DNA from: Octopus vulgaris
Lineage: Eukaryota
DNA: 64,000 nucleotides
Direction: 5' to 3'
Assembly: GCA_951406725.2 (NCBI GenBank)
Contig: OX597825.1
Coordinates: 80,476,001 to 80,540,000 of the forward strand
Made by a program: the position numbers and the translations under genes. The notes below the pieces were generated by a model. The model was not told the origin of the DNA. It worked only from the letters and a program-made list of their open reading frames with translations, and made no database searches. How positions within the stretch are numbered: position 1 is the first letter of the stretch; each line of letters begins with the position of its first letter. Positions 14,020 to 28,797 of this stretch are shown piece by piece.

Positions 14020-15190
14020 GTTGGCCCAAGGTGGGATCACAAGGAAAACAAAATAGAACCGGCAGTGACTCTGGTAAAAAGGAAAGCAAACTGGTCTGCA
14101 AGTGCTATGTAAAGGGTACCTGCTGGCATGGTGACATTGGGACTGGTTGCAGATTTGCTCATCACAGGAGCGGTACTCTGTGAGTGGTACTTATTCCACT
14201 CGCTCAAAGACCAGGAAGAACAGCCTCCAACGACACACAGTCAGGTCACAAGATAGAATGCTACCACCATGGAACTGTGTGTATGGTGGTAGCATTGTTC
14301 CTAGGAGGAAACAAACTGTCGATGCAGTACAGATAGTGGCTGCTGGACAACGGAAGATGGTAAGGCAGCTGACCTGGCTTCACCAGACGTCCAGTGTGAG
14401 GAACACTTACCAGTATTCATGACCACCTCAAACAACAAAAGATCCACGGTGGCCACCTCTGGCACTTCTACATGTGTCAGACCAGTGGCCACTACTGACA
14501 CCCTACATGTCACACCAATATTGTTGCTGAACATCAGGGGCCTCGTAATGTCCCAACAACACAAAAACAAAGTACCTGAGAGATTTAGTGACATGTAATC
14601 AAGAAATATTCGTGTCACTAACCAGAAACTATGCTGGACCTATGGAGGACCATCTGGACTACTGCTCTTAGCTGTGGTCACCTTATAGGTGTCAGATTAA
14701 TAACGGAACTTGAGGTGGTTCAGTGATGTTACACAAGGAAGATTGCATCAGTGGAAGAGCTGAGCTACTGGGAGAGACTGAAAGAGTTACAACTCTACTC
14801 CCTGGAGCAAAGACGGGAGAGGTATGCAATTATATTTGTGTGGAAGATATGGGAGGGGCTGGCACAAAACTTTGGAATCATGAGTTATACCAGAACCTCC
14901 CCCCCCACAATAGGACGTCACTGCATTGTTCCAAAAGTCCCAGCTGTCCCATCTAAAGTGAGGACCATGTACTGCAATAGCTTGGAATTCAAGGGCCCAC
15001 AGCTATTTAACACCTTACCAAAACATCTCAGGGATCTCCCTGGAGTGGGGGGTAGATATTTTCAAGAAACAACTTGACCTCTTACTATTCAAAATCCCAG
15101 ATGAACCAATATGAAAGCATGAAGCTCAAAAGAGGGCAGTAGTGTCGAACCCCCTCCTTCATCAAAAGCCAATCACATAGGATTGGCCAT
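14020..15190 (+). mobile_element. Internally deleted CR1/L2-like LINE: CCCH-finger ORF1 remnant and ORF2 3' end
   Basis: CKCYVKGTCWHGDIGTGCRFAH at about 14097-14163; LSYWERLKELQLYSLEQRRERYAIIFVWKI at 14751-15077. Confidence 0.8.
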
Positions 15191-15744
15191 TTAAGAGGTG
15201 TACATGTTTGTTTGTGTGCTGAACATAGTGTGCACACACACACACACAATCTTTCATATATACATACAGACATCTTTCACTTTCTGCTCTCACTTCAAAG
15301 CAAATGTTGCCTTCCACACGTCATGAAAACAAAAGTAAATAAATTTTTTTTTTATGGAAATTAACAAACAACCAGCTGATGATCTATTTGACGTTTATGT
15401 GGGTGAAAACAAAGGAATGCCCTTATGACATTCTAACAACAACAACAACAATAAAGGCGGTGAGCTGGCAGAGTCATTAGCAAGTTAGACAAAATGCTTA
15501 GCATTTCTTTTGACTCTTTCTGTTCTGAGTTCAAATTCCGCCAAGGTCATCTTTGCCTTTCATCCACTTCTAATTAGTAAAATAAGGTACCAGTAATCAA
15601 CTAACTCTCTACCTCCATAATTGCTGGCCATGTGCCTTAATTTAAAACTAATTATTATTATTTTTAAATTACACATAAGGCCAACAATTTTGGAGTGGGG
15701 GTGGGTTTAGTTGATTACAGAGATCTTGGTATTTCACTGTTACT

Positions 15745-15961
15745 TTAACTCTTTCGTTACCAACCCAGCTGGCTCTGAGTACAAATGTCTTGTTTTCAAA
15801 AGTTTTGAATTAAAATCTTCCACCAAACCTTAGTTACAGTTTATGTTCCTAACACTAGCTTAATGATGACTAAGTTATTTTACGAAATTCTTTGTTATAT
15901 TTATAGTAATTGAAAGAAACACAGAGCATCTCAACAGAAATACAATAACAAAAGGGGTTAA
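15745..15961 (+). mobile_element. TTAA MITE copy inserted into a SINE
   Basis: Homologous to 8202-8430; splits a minus-strand SINE. Confidence 0.8.
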
Positions 15962-17499
15962 TATATTCACTCTGATGCATTGAAAGGCAAAGTTGACCAT
16001 GGTAGAATATGAACTCAGAACGTGAAGAGCCGTAATTTTTCTAATGTTTTAAGGATTTTGTCAGCTCAAATTTCCTGATTCTCCTGAAAGCCAGGTTTTT
16101 TGGCACAGTAAGGAATATAAGAAAGATGGCAGGATGCAGTTTGATATCTCAGCAGTCCAACACTAGCTGAACAGCAACAAATTGCTAAGTGAACAAAAGG
16201 AATGATAGTAATAATAATAATAGTGATGATGATAATAATAATAGTGATAATAATAATGGTTTCAAAGTTTGCCACAAGGGCGGCAATTTTGGGTGAGGGG
16301 ATTAGTCTATTACATCACCCCCCAGTGTTCAACGGGTACTTCTTTTATAAAACCCCAAAAGGATTAAAGTCGATCTCAGTGGAATTTAATAATAATAATA
16401 ATCCTTTCTACTAAAGGCTCAGGACCTGAAATTGTTGGATTTCAGTGGTTTGTCAATTCTGTCAACCCCTGTGCTCAACTGATACTTATTTCATCAATTC
16501 CAAAGCAGAATGAAAGACAAAGTCAGCCTCAGAGGAATTCGAATTCGGAATGTAAAAGTGGATGAAATTCCACTCAGCATTTTGTCTAACTCATTAATGA
16601 CTCGGTCGGTCAGTTCGTTGCTTCTCAATTAACGTATATCTTGGTTCAGCAAATTGATGTTAAGTCATCTGTCTGTGTTACCATAACATTTATGTAATAT
16701 TAGTTTTCATCTCTTGTCACAGTGGACTGTGATAGAAATCCACGAGGAATCTCTGTCTTGTAGGTATTACAGTATGTGGTGGGCGTAAATAACAACTGTT
16801 AAATATATAGGTGTGACTGTGGCTGTGTGGTAAGAAGCTTGCTTCCCAGCTGCATAATTTTGGGTTCAGTCCCCACTATGTGGAATTTTGGTTAAGTGTC
16901 TTCTACTATATCCTTGAACCCATCAAAGCCTTCAGTGAATTTGATACATGGAAACTGAATGAAGCCTGTCGTATACTGGCTTCTGTGTCGGTGGCACGTA
17001 AAAAGCACCAACCGATCGTGGCCGCTTCCAGCCTCCCCTGACACCTGTGCCGGTGGCACATAAAAAGCGCCCACTACACTCACGGAGTGGTTGGCGTTAG
17101 GAAGGGCATCTAGATGTAGAAACACTGCCAGATCAGACTGGAGCCTGGTGCAGCCTCCATGGCTTCCCAGACCCCGGTCAAACAGTCCAACCCGTGCTGG
17201 CATGTAAAACAGATGTTAAACGATGATAATAATATAATATTATATATGTATATTGTATGTGTATCTGTGTTTGTTTCTCCACCACTCTGCATCCCTGAAA
17301 TTTAGTTGTTCGGCCCAAGGGACTGATAAATTAAGTGCCAGGCTTCAAAAACTTGGGTAAATTTGACTAAAAGTTCTTCAAAACAATGTCCCAGTATGGC
17401 CACAGTCTAATGGTTGAAACAAGTAAAATATAACGTGCAGATAATCATAGGTAAATTGGTTCTCACAGCCTCTTTCTATCGGTCAGTAAAAAATATAAT

Positions 17500-19150
17500 G
17501 TGTCAAAATAAAATACGTCATATGTAATGTGGAGAGTTCTGAAAAGTACCTCACTATCAAAAATGATTTAACTTGGTTCCTGTGTCTCCTGTGCATGGTA
17601 CCAAGACATGGTACCAAGTTCCTGAACAGTAATGGTCAATGGCTCAGAAGTCCATCTAGCATTGTCAAATTTCGTTTGCCTAAAGATTCCACTAGTTTCA
17701 CCATTCACCAATATGGCGCCTATTGCTATGCCTACTTGAAGTGATATTCTGAATGGTTCCAAATTCAAAGGTCAAGAACTGAATGCTTTCTCCATGAAGG
17801 CATCATACAACCTAGTAACTCACTACAGAGAGCTTGGATCTTAGTAACCAAAAAATGAACATCATAAAAGACACCTTATCATGTCAATATTGGTACACTT
17901 GTTAATACTTTTGTGCTACCTGCCATTGATGAAGCTATCAGTGCCGACTTGCAGCATTCCTGCTTTAGTAAGGTCAATATAAAACATGCTTGGCATCAGT
18001 TGCCATTGGCTGTGAAAGATTATCTTTATGTGACTATTCAAGTCTTGGAACAATGGCACCAGTATACAAGACTCTCCTCAAACTCTATGAATGCCTTGAT
18101 ATGTTTTCCAGTGGGCGTCGAGTCAAATTATCTGACGGAATTACTGACTGGATCTACCTACACATATTTAAATAACATCATTCTGTGTTGGTAATTCTAA
18201 GGAAGATTATGACAGACATTTAAAAGCATTTCTGTCATGTGCCAAACGTCTAAAAATATCACTTTATTTAGCAAAAATGCGTTTTTTTTCCACAAAAACC
18301 GCATGAGATTCTATGGGTAAATAGTTATACTTTCCTGATACAAAAGAACTCCTGACCCTCCTGATAGAATGTTGCCACTTAAATTCATTGGGTTGGTTAT
18401 CTTTTACTACAAATCACTTTTTCCTGATAAAGTGAAATGTACCATTTTACCAATCTTTCAAGAACCTTCAGAAATATTAAAGTCAATATAGAAGAAGCTT
18501 GTTTTTCATGCTATCAACATCTCAGTGCCATTTACTTTTGAGAGTGATGTCACCGACATAGTTCTAACTGCAACACAAACAGGGCACCCCCATTGCCTTT
18601 TGCCCCTGAACAATTCACTCCAACAAGGAATTGTTGAATATTCTTATTGAGAAAGAATCCATCGCAAAAACTGAGGTCTCCTGGCCTTAATTGTGACACA
18701 TTCTTCACGACAGACTGACAAAGGTGTCTGAGTAATATTTCTGAGAAATCCTTTCATTGCAAGATAAAAGAAATCACATTGGTGAACCAGCCTTTCTGTC
18801 TAGAAGTTTGACATTTTTTATCAATGTTTAAATTGGAAGGTGTGTATTTATTTCTTATCTGCAGTGTACTTCTCTGATTGACCCACATTATAAATTTCTT
18901 GAATGTATTCACGTTAAAGTATGTCACCTTGGTGTGAAAAAACTTTTCTATTGTGTGAAGGAAAAAATAATCTTACATTTTCATTTCTGAATATTTTGTA
19001 AAGTCTGTCATGGCTGTTTAATAGACTCCAAACCAAAACCTAGTTCTCACAGTTCTCTGGGTCAGTTCCTCATGAAGGCTATCCAGACTACTGTAAAATA
19101 TATTTTATGGGGTTTCCTCCAAAGATTGAAACTGCCTCAAGTTGATTACT
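17500..19150 (+). mobile_element. Highly decayed Ty3/Gypsy pol (RT and RNase H)
   Basis: LPAIDE..FSKVNIKHAWHQLPL..YTRL..MNA..YTYLNNIIL at 17913-18194; PFTFESDVTD and IEKES RNase H-like motifs at about 18525-18660. Confidence 0.75.
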
Positions 19151-20680
19151 TTTTAATTGGCCGATGAATATTACCTTCTTGTAGCTACAGGTGTAGATAT
19201 CCTCTCTTAACCTTTTTGCTACCAGATTCCAAATGAAATACCTTATTTTTCAATTAATTTTGAAAAAATGGATTTAGTGAAAAAAATTGTCACTATTAAG
19301 CTGGTATTTGGAACATAAATGAACCGAATATTTTGATGGAAAGTTTTAATTTAAATCATAAACCAGGAGTGGTCTCAGGCAGGTTGGTATGAAAAGAGTT
19401 GTTGGTAACGGACAAAATGGCTGTTTAATTAATAACGGATTATTTAGTCATTTTGTAGTTCGGACATTTTAATAGTTATAATTTGTTTTAGGTAGTTTTT
19501 TGCTTTGTCTTTATTGTTTTATATATTTTTAGATATAATTTTTAATTTAATTCCATTATAATTAAAAGCAATTATTTGGTTAATTTATTTTATAATATTG
19601 AACATATATTTTATAGATATTGATCTGTGCTTGTTTTCTTCTTGTTCAAGGACATTGGCTATGGGATATATTGCTCTGCTAGTTTTTATTGGGCTTGTCT
19701 TTGCTGTGGTTTCATGTTTGTTGTGATGTATATTTTACGAATTGGCGCCACATATTTTTTGTAGAGGTCGACAACGTCATGTATGATAGCATTGGCAAAT
19801 TTAGAAGAAAACACAGAAAAAAAGATTAAAAAAAAAAAAAAGCCAAGATCGTTGAGTCATGGTTTGGACGTCTAGACGAAAATGAAAAAGAAGCCGCGGC
19901 TGTTATATAACAATTTCTACAATAAGCTTCTGAACATATTTATGATCAAACAGATAAAGAGTTGTTGCACTTGAAGGATATAAATCAACTGTACATATGT
20001 ATCTCTTTTTGTGATAATGCATCGAGCTGGATGAAATGTTAGCATGCTGGGTGAAATGCGTAGTGGTATTTCGTCTGCCACTACATTCGGAGTTCAAATT
20101 CTGCCGAGGTCGATTTTTGCCTTTCATCCTTCCGGGGTCGATAAATTAAGTACCAGTTACGCACTGGGGTCGATATAATTGACTTAATCCCTTTGTCTGT
20201 CCTTGTTTGTTCCTTCTGTGTTTAGCTCCTTGTGGGTAGTAAAGAAATAGGCATTTCATCTGTCTTTATGTTCTGAGTTCAAATTCTGCTGAGGTCAATA
20301 AATTCAGTACCAGTTGCATATTGATCTAATTGACTGGCCCCCTCCCCCCAAAATTTCGGGATATGCCTAGAGTAGAAAAGACTAAATTAAGTTTCCACAA
20401 GACTGTCATATTGCTATGTTCCTTGAATTATTGGTGAAGTCTGTATTTCCGGTCAGTCATTTTCTTCATATCTTGATACCAAGATATTCATCTCTGTTTG
20501 TGGTAACAAGCGAGCAACTTCCACAATGTTTGTGATATATGACAGATATAGAAACAACACATTTCGTACTCTGTGTTTGTTGTATAGTCTTTATATTTTA
20601 AGTTCTTGGTTTGCTGTTCCTGGGGTTGGTTGTTCTTTGGGTTATCATGCTGATTGTAGGTGGTCGATTAGTTTTCTTCC

Positions 20681-20909
20681 TTAACCCTTTCGTTACTGTA
20701 TTTCTGTTGAGATGCTCTGTGTTTCTTCCAATTACTTTAAACATAACAAAGAATTTAGTAAAATAACATCGTTATCATTGAGCTAGTGTTAGGAACATAA
20801 ATTGTGACTTAGATTTGGTGGAAGATTTGAATTCAAAACTTATGGAAACAAGACATTTATACTAAAGAGCCAGAGCCAGTTTCAGCCAGGTTGGTAACGA
20901 AAGGGTTAA
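20681..20909 (-). mobile_element. TTAA MITE copy
   Basis: ttaaccctttcgttac ... gtaacgaaagggttaa perfect TIRs. Confidence 0.85.
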
Positions 20910-21949
20910 TATGATTAGTTCACTTGTTTCTTTGTACTATGATCTCAGTATTGTTTTTGGGAGTAAGTTCTTCGTTTTACAGGTCCTGTTTTGTAAATAT
21001 AAGTTAATACTAATTAATTTGCTGTTATTATTGCCAGTAGCAACAAGCAGGTGTTGGCATAATGGACATACTATACCATTTCATTCCTGCTCATTACTAT
21101 TGATTCCCAGGCAGTGTTTGTTTTTTACGGTCAACATAACCAGATTGAGTGGTACTGCTCTGGTGTGGAAACCACAGTGATATCTGTTTTGGCAGCTGAT
21201 GATGATGATGAGTAGAATACATATTTGTTATGCTTGTTTGTTGATTTTTATAATGTTGTCTTGTTATGAGTTGTCCTTCATTCTAGTAAAATGGAAAGAC
21301 TTTGTGGACATGGCTTACATTGCCATTGGTTGTTTTTCTTAGTAGATAATCTTATTAAGTTTTCACTGCCATTCATGAATCACCTGCTTGATTGCTCGCA
21401 CTTTCTTGAATCAACAGCTAAGCTATTGTTATTATTATTATTCAAATGTGACTTATTTAATGAATCTAGGACTCCCTCACTCCCTTTTCAATATCTAGTT
21501 TGCCAAGGCCACATGTAATTTCATTTCGATTTCAGCCAGAAATGTTGCAAAATGCTTATGGGATAAATTTTCCGATTAAAATGTACATGTATAATAATTT
21601 AGTATTAATATTTTTATGATAATAATAATAATAATAATAATTAAATACTACAGCTTTTCTTGTAAGCCCATCTAGCTATGTAGTGTGTAAACTTAGTTTG
21701 CACAAGGTTTATGCCCAGCGTCCATTTTGCACCCCCGTTATGCACCCCCCACCATTTTAATTCGTATATTAACATTTTCACCTGGTGACTCGTACTCCTG
21801 TGCTACGTGTGAGTACATATTTTGATTAACTCTTATACCTTCATGCAGATGATTATCATATACTGTTAAAGGTATCTCATATTTAAATTTTTAGACATAT
21901 AATACTTAAACTACCCTATGTAACCACCCTATTCCTCTCTTTCAGGTCA

Positions 21950-24660
21950 ACCTACATTCCCTATTCTCATACCCACTTCATCTCTTGTTGGCTCTTGCTC
22001 TGGATATTGGATGAAATGGGGGGAAACTGTGATCCGTTGTATTTCACTGAGTAAAATATGTACCAAAGCTCTGTGCTAGCTGGTAAACATTTGCACAGAT
22101 TTTTTCAGGTGATGACAAAATTTCAACAACTGCTTTCTCGCCACCACTCCCAAGTACTCAATCTCAGGGCTGCTACCATCAGTGTTGGCACAGTGAAAGG
22201 AAGGAGTGGGAAGATTATTGAAATGTTGGAGCAACGCCGTGTTGATGTGTCTGGTGTGCAAGAAGTAAGATGGAGGAGAGCCTCAGCTAGATTCCTCATG
22301 AGTAAGAGACAAAGATTCAAATTCTTCTGGGTTGGCAGGAAGAATAGAGTAGGTGGCGTAGGGATACTGTTAGCAGAAAAGTGGGTAGATAAGGTAAATG
22401 AGGTAGTCAGAGTATGTGATAGGTAATTAAGATAAAACTTATAGATAAATTAATAGTTACATTTATCTCTGCCTATGCTCCTCAGTCTGGGCTGGCTGAT
22501 GAGCAGACGGACCAATTCTATGAGGTCCTTTTGCAGACTACTTCAACAACAAATGACAAAGACTTGTTAAACAGCATCCCCAGGGAGTGGCTATGAGGGC
22601 TATGGTTTTGGACCTAGAAATGAGGAGGGAACAAGACTGCTGGAGTTCTGTGATGCAAAAGATCTCATGATCTGCAGCACTAACTTCAAAAAACCAGTGA
22701 GCCACCTAATCACTTATCAGTCTGGTGGGAACATAAACCAGATTGACTACCTTCTCACCAGGCAATGAGATAGATGAATGTTTAAAAATATAAAGTCTTT
22801 CTCAGGTGAAGAATGTGGAACCCAACTTTGGTTACGAGTTAGTGACTTCAGAATTAGAGCTAGAAAGACTCGGAGAAGTAAACCAATCTGGAAAAGAAGA
22901 CTATGGAAGCTCAAAGGCCTAGCAAAGAGACAAAAATTTAGAGATTTGCTTATGGAAGCCTCTGACGAAAGAGAGGAAAAGTTGGGGGACATATAGCTTA
23001 GAGGACAACTGGAAGTTCTTGAGGGACAATCTACTGAAGGCTGTGGATGAAATCTGTGGTTGGTGCAGAGTCCCAGCTAGACCAAAGGAGGCATGGTGGT
23101 GGAGCAAGGGGGTTGACAGTATTATAAAAGCAAAAAGACATTCCTGGAAAGACTGGAAAAATGGTGGAAGCAGAGAATTATATCAGGTAGCCAAAAGGGC
23201 CGCTAGGTGTCAGGCTTACATAGCAAAAGGAGTAGCTGATGGTAAGAGATTTGCAAATGTTCTACAGTGTGAGGATCAAAGGTGTGAGGTGTTGATGATT
23301 GCAAAGCAGTGTATCAGAGAAGATAGAGATGTGGTGGGTGAGAAACGTGTGTGAATGGATAATGGTATGCTTGCTCTTGGTGACTCAAAGAAGGAAAATG
23401 CATGGAAGTGTCAGTATGAAAGGTTACTAAATGTGGGAAAGGAATGGGAGATGGAGAGTCTACTAAATATTGAACCATTTGAGGGACCAGCCACCAGAGT
23501 TGATGACAGCATAATAGATAAGACAATGAAGGACATGAAGACAGGGAAAGGGCCCTGGGTCATCAGGAATCACTGCCGAGATGATTAAAATTTCCAATGG
23601 TGTAGGATACAGCTTAGTCACCCGTATAGTTAATCAGGTTATTCAGGAGGGCACCATCCCCAGTGACTGGTGTAGTAGCATTATGGTTAGCTGCTACAAG
23701 GGTAAAGGTGATGCAACAGATAGAAGCAACTACAGAGGTATTAAACTATTGGACCAAGTCATGAAAGTTACTGAGAGAGTTGTAGCTCAATTGATTAGAA
23801 ATAGAATTAAACTAGATGAGATGCAGTTTGGTTTTATGCCATCTTCCTAGTGAGACAGCTGCAGGAAAAGTACTTGGTCAAAAGAAAGCCATTGTACTTA
23901 GCCTTTGTCGACCTGGAGAAAGCTTTTGACAGAGTTCCCTGCTCTGTTATATTGTGGTCTCTAAGGAAGCTAGTAGTGGAGGATTGGCTTGTTAGAGCTG
24001 TCCAAGCCATGTACAGTGGCAGATGTGCAGGAATGATAAGCACTAAGTGCACATGGGATCTAGATTCTCTCAAATGCCCAGGAGGCTCTCTTGGGGTTGT
24101 AGATAGTTTCTGTTACTTAGGTGACCAAATTAGCAATGGTGGAGGATGCTCTGAAAGTATTGTTTCTACAATAAGAATTGGGTGGAGGAAGTTCAGAGAG
24201 CTACTACATCTGTTGGCAACAAAGACTCTCAGAGTGAAAGGTAGACTGTATGATGCTTGTGTACGAACTGTTATACTCCATGGTGGTGAGACATGGGCTC
24301 TGAATGCAGAAGACATGCGTAGACTGGAGAGAAATGAAGGTTGGTATGCCCTGTTGGATGTGCAACATCAGTGCACATGTACGACAAAGTGCAAATGTAT
24401 TGAGAGAAAAGTTGGGGATAAGAGGAATCAAATGTAGCATGCAAGAGAGAAGACTACGTTGTTTTGGACTTGTGATGCGCATGAATGAGGACAGCTGCAT
24501 AAGGAAGTGCCAATCACTTGCGGAAGAGGGAGACTCAGGAAAACGTGGGATGAAGTGGTGAAGACCGATCTCAGGATGTTGGGCCTCATGGAGGAAATGA
24601 CAACGGATCAAGATGTCTGGTGATATGAAGTTCAGAAGACCTGCCCATGTCAGCGAAACT
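21950..24660 (+). mobile_element. Decayed RTE-clade LINE (APE endonuclease and RT), internally deleted
   Basis: VQEVRWR, GVGILLAEKW, ISAYAPQ, QIDYLL, CYKGKGDATDRSNYRGIKLL, AFVDLEKAFDRVP, FCYLGD; multiple frameshifts. Confidence 0.92.
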
Positions 24661-25129
24661 GAGTTCTAGAAGTGGTTAACAAGAAAACTTCTCATACACT
24701 CTACCACAACAAACCAAAGAAACATCTCTACATCTCTTCTCTTCCTCACATTTCCATTTCATGCACTATGCCTACCTCTCACTCCCCAATCCTGTCCTCT
24801 TGGTCCTGTCTCACTGTATCATTGCTATCTGCTACCCCACTCCATCCGACCTTTGTTTTCTACCCACATGTACCAAGAAAACTTCTCGCACACCCTACCC
24901 CAACAAACCAATCCACATCTCTACATCTTTTCTCTTCCTCACATCTCCTCCATGCACTATGCCTACCTCTCACTTCCCCAATCCTATCCTCACGGCCTGG
25001 TTTCTCTGTATCATTGCCATCTAGTACCCCCCCATACCCAGGTTTTTCCACTCCCTCCCACTCTCTAATCATGCTTCTTTTGTACTATCCTGCCGTGGTC
25101 ACCAACAACAAAGGGCCAACTATCTAAGA

Positions 25130-25693
25130 TAGAATCGCTCCAAAGAAATTTTACCTCATACTTCTCAGAAACGAGGGACCTGGACTATTGGCAAAGACTC
25201 AAAACCTTGAGGATGTACTCAATAGAAAGAAGATTTGAGCGATACCGAATTATATACATTTGGAAAATGATAGAGCAGAAGGTGCCAAACTTTGGTATCA
25301 AAACCTACCACTCACTGCGCCACGGAAGACGCTGCCAGCTGCCACCAATCAACAAAAAGGCTGGCCAGGCAGCAAAAACCCTGCGAGAATCAAGTCTGTT
25401 GGTTCGAGGAGCACAACTGTTCAACTCCATTCCGGTACATGTCAGAAATCTATCAGGATGCAGTGTGGAATCATTCAAATTGCAACTGGATAGATACTTA
25501 AGCACCATTAGAGATGAACCCCATCTCCCAGGATATACACAACGGGCACAAACTGACTCAAACTCGCTCCTACACATGTCAAATTTAAGCAGAGAATACA
25601 ACCTGGCAACCACACCAGACTCTGAGGGTGGAGTCTTCGACTTGGCCTGAGCATGGACTCAAACCCAAATGAAATGAAATGAAATGAAATGAA
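25130..25693 (+). mobile_element. 5'-truncated CR1/L2-like LINE, ORF2 C-terminus with (TGAAA)n tail
   Basis: Uninterrupted DYWQRLKTLRMYSIERRFERYRIIYIWKM...FKLQLDRYLSTIRDEP; tail at 25670-25693. Confidence 0.88.
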
Positions 25694-27356
25694 CTTATAT
25701 TATGACTTTTGAACCTCATGGATATGCGCTGGCACTTGCCACCATCTATCTCTTTCTCTCTCTTCCTTTACTCAACCATCCCATTTACATTCTGATCCTT
25801 GTCCCTCGTGAGTATGCCCAGCACTTTGCCACTATCCCTATCCTACTGTCTCCCACTCTCTCTCTCTCTCTCTCTTCTGCACATCCCTCAGGTTGGATAA
25901 CCATGTATCTCCTTTCCGGAAGCACACCTGTTTCTGTCTTCATCCCTGATTTCTCTCTCTCTCTCTCCGGCTGGGTAACCTTGTACCGCCTCTACTGCAA
26001 GACACCTGTTTCTGTCTGTCTCTCTCACTATAACCGTTCATCATCTGAGACAAGATCACCTCCTCTAATGCCCCCTCCTCTTTGAAAAGATTTTCTTTTT
26101 GTCTTGCATGTACTTGGTGACCCTCTCAGTGTAGGTGCCACTTAAAAAGCATCCAGTCCGCACTGTAAAGTGGTTGGTGTTTGGAAGGGCATCCAGCTGT
26201 AAAAACCTTGCCAAAACTGACCTCACATGTGCTTGTGTCACGTAAAAAGCACTAAGTCCACTCTGTTGAGTGGTTGGTGTTAGGAAGAGCATCCGGTTGT
26301 AAAAATCCTGCCAAAACAGTCACAGAACTCTGGTGCCGGCTTCTGCCTGGCCGGCTCTTGTGAAACTACATCCCACACATGCCAGCATAGAAAGTGGACA
26401 TTAAACGATAATGATGATGATGATGACGACGATTATGCTTTGATAATGGTGTCTAGTTTTCTAGGCTCTGTGATGTGTCTTTGTCTTGATGTCATATGAT
26501 AGGTGTAAATGAGTGTTACTTAATGCATGTGGTGTCCTTCATTCCCAAACTTCTGTGGAAATATATCTGGTCCTAGGAAAATATTACCTTGCTTGGAAAC
26601 AGGTGAGGCTTGGTGACTGGAAGAGCACCCAACCAAAGGCTTTGCCTGAAAGAATTCTGTCTATCTCATGCAAACACGGATGTTAGAATGGTGACGATTA
26701 TAACACTGCTGTTTCAGTTAATTTTAAAAATTAAAAAAGAATTTAATGAAATAATCTGGTGTTTGGATAATAAATTGACATGAAATGTTGATGCAAGATT
26801 TTAATTCATCACTTTAAAACAGAAAGATCTTTTATCATAGAACCAAGATGAAGTTTAGGTAGGTTGGTATAAAAAGGGTTATTAACCTTTCATTTTCAGT
26901 GGACATATCTGGCCCAAATATTCAACCTGTTTTATGTTCAAACTGGCCAGACCTGGCATGTCACACCTACCCTATAATCTCCTCATCAAAATCTCAAAAC
27001 TTCAAGCTAATGCATGATTACTTCAAAACAATGAGAATAAGGAAGCATTACATTCGACAGAGTAATTACGAACACCAAAGGTTTAGCTTGTGATTTATTC
27101 AGTTGTAATATCTTAGTTTATTGTTTCCTCTTAAAGCCTGTGTTCTAATACTGCATCTTTTAGGAATTCCTGTATCACATAGTGGGCGAGTTCTTTCATC
27201 AATTTGGACGTTGAGTTGTAGCATCAGTTGTTGAATAAAGTCTTTAAGGATGCTGGTCTCTTCTCACGACTGCCTTACATTTTGTGTAACACCGAATGAA
27301 ACCGATTCAATTTGGAGAGAACTTACTCATTGATACTTTCGTCAAATGTAATAATA

Positions 27357-27607
27357 CAGGGTGTTCAGAAGGTCTCTCCGCAGTAAATATTTTATTGCAA
27401 AGATAAATATTTATAAGATGGTATAAGACTACAAAAGAATATATTAGACTTTACAAGACTTTAAAAAATATTACAAGAGGTGTTGAAAGTATCGTCCTTC
27501 ATTTTCAATACATAAGTTTGACTTTTCTATATACATGTTTTGAAATACATCTTGGAGAGTCGGGATGAAAAAAAAATTCACTGTGGAGAGACTTTTTGAA
27601 CACCCTA
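27357..27607. mobile_element. Tc1/mariner-type MITE
   Basis: TIR cagggtgttcagaaggtctctccgcagt matches actgtggagagactttttgaacaccct. Confidence 0.75.
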
Positions 27608-28797
27608 CACTTATTTATTCACGTAGTTTTGAATTAATCAAGCAATTTATCCCGTAGCTTTGTGATGGAGATGAAGTGACTGTTTATATTTGAATGATAT
27701 TGTAAGGGTAGATGGGAGATGTCAGTTCTGGCTGGTTTGAGTGTAAAACAGAATATCTTTGGCCAGTTTATTGCTGATTCAGAATGCTAAAAGGTTAAAG
27801 GAAAGTAGAATCACAACATCCCCCACATCAGTCCCCCTTCCGCCACCTCTGTGTATAGAAAACAATGAACTATGAGATTATAAACCCAAGAAATGGTTAA
27901 CAGCAATTCAATAAATATTGGTATGAAATTAAGGATGGCTGTGTGGTGAAGAAGCTTTCCCTGCAATCAAAGTGCCAGGTTCAATCCCAGGTTCAATCCC
28001 AGGGCTTCAGCAAGACTTTTATCTGACCCATGCCTTCATGGCTAAGTGGACTTTAAAGCGATGATGATAATGTGAAGATTTGGCAGGAGTTGAGAAATTG
28101 ATGACAACATTTTAACCTGATCCCTCCACGAGGGAGTTCAGTGGGTTCTATGCTGTTAAGAATTTTTAAATAGTTTACCATTTTGCTTGATGAATCTAAA
28201 ATCATGCATTGCATATCTTTTGATGAGTAGAAATAGGTTTTGCATTCAGGTTCCTCTCCTCATGCTCTGACCTCCCATCTGGTATAAAGCCACCATCCTC
28301 AAAACTACTCCCCGCACCCCTCACTTGAGGGGTTTTGTCTTGAAATTATTTGGTGACCTTACCACTGCTAGTACCACATAAATAATCCCCAGTACACTGC
28401 AGATTGGTTGGCATTAGGAAGGGCATCCAGCCATAGAAACCATGCCAGGGCAGACAGTAGAGTTTGGTACAGTCTTCTGACCTACCAGCTTTTGCTAAAC
28501 CATCCAATCTATGTCAGCATGGAGAAACGGATGTTAGATGATAATGATGATGAAAAGCCTTCAGGTGAAAGTGATGATAGTTGGCACCATCACAGCTGTT
28601 TCTGGGCCTCTGAAGAATATCAGTGTTTTTCACTGAGGTGCACTGGCAATCAAAGAAAAAGCATTACTGACATATTTCACACGGAAAGGTAAAAAAATAA
28701 ACATTATTGCTTGGCTTATTTTATTAGTCTTATTTGTGGATAACAATTTTATTTATACAGCTATTATTAAGATGTTTTCAGGGTGCTCAAACAATTA

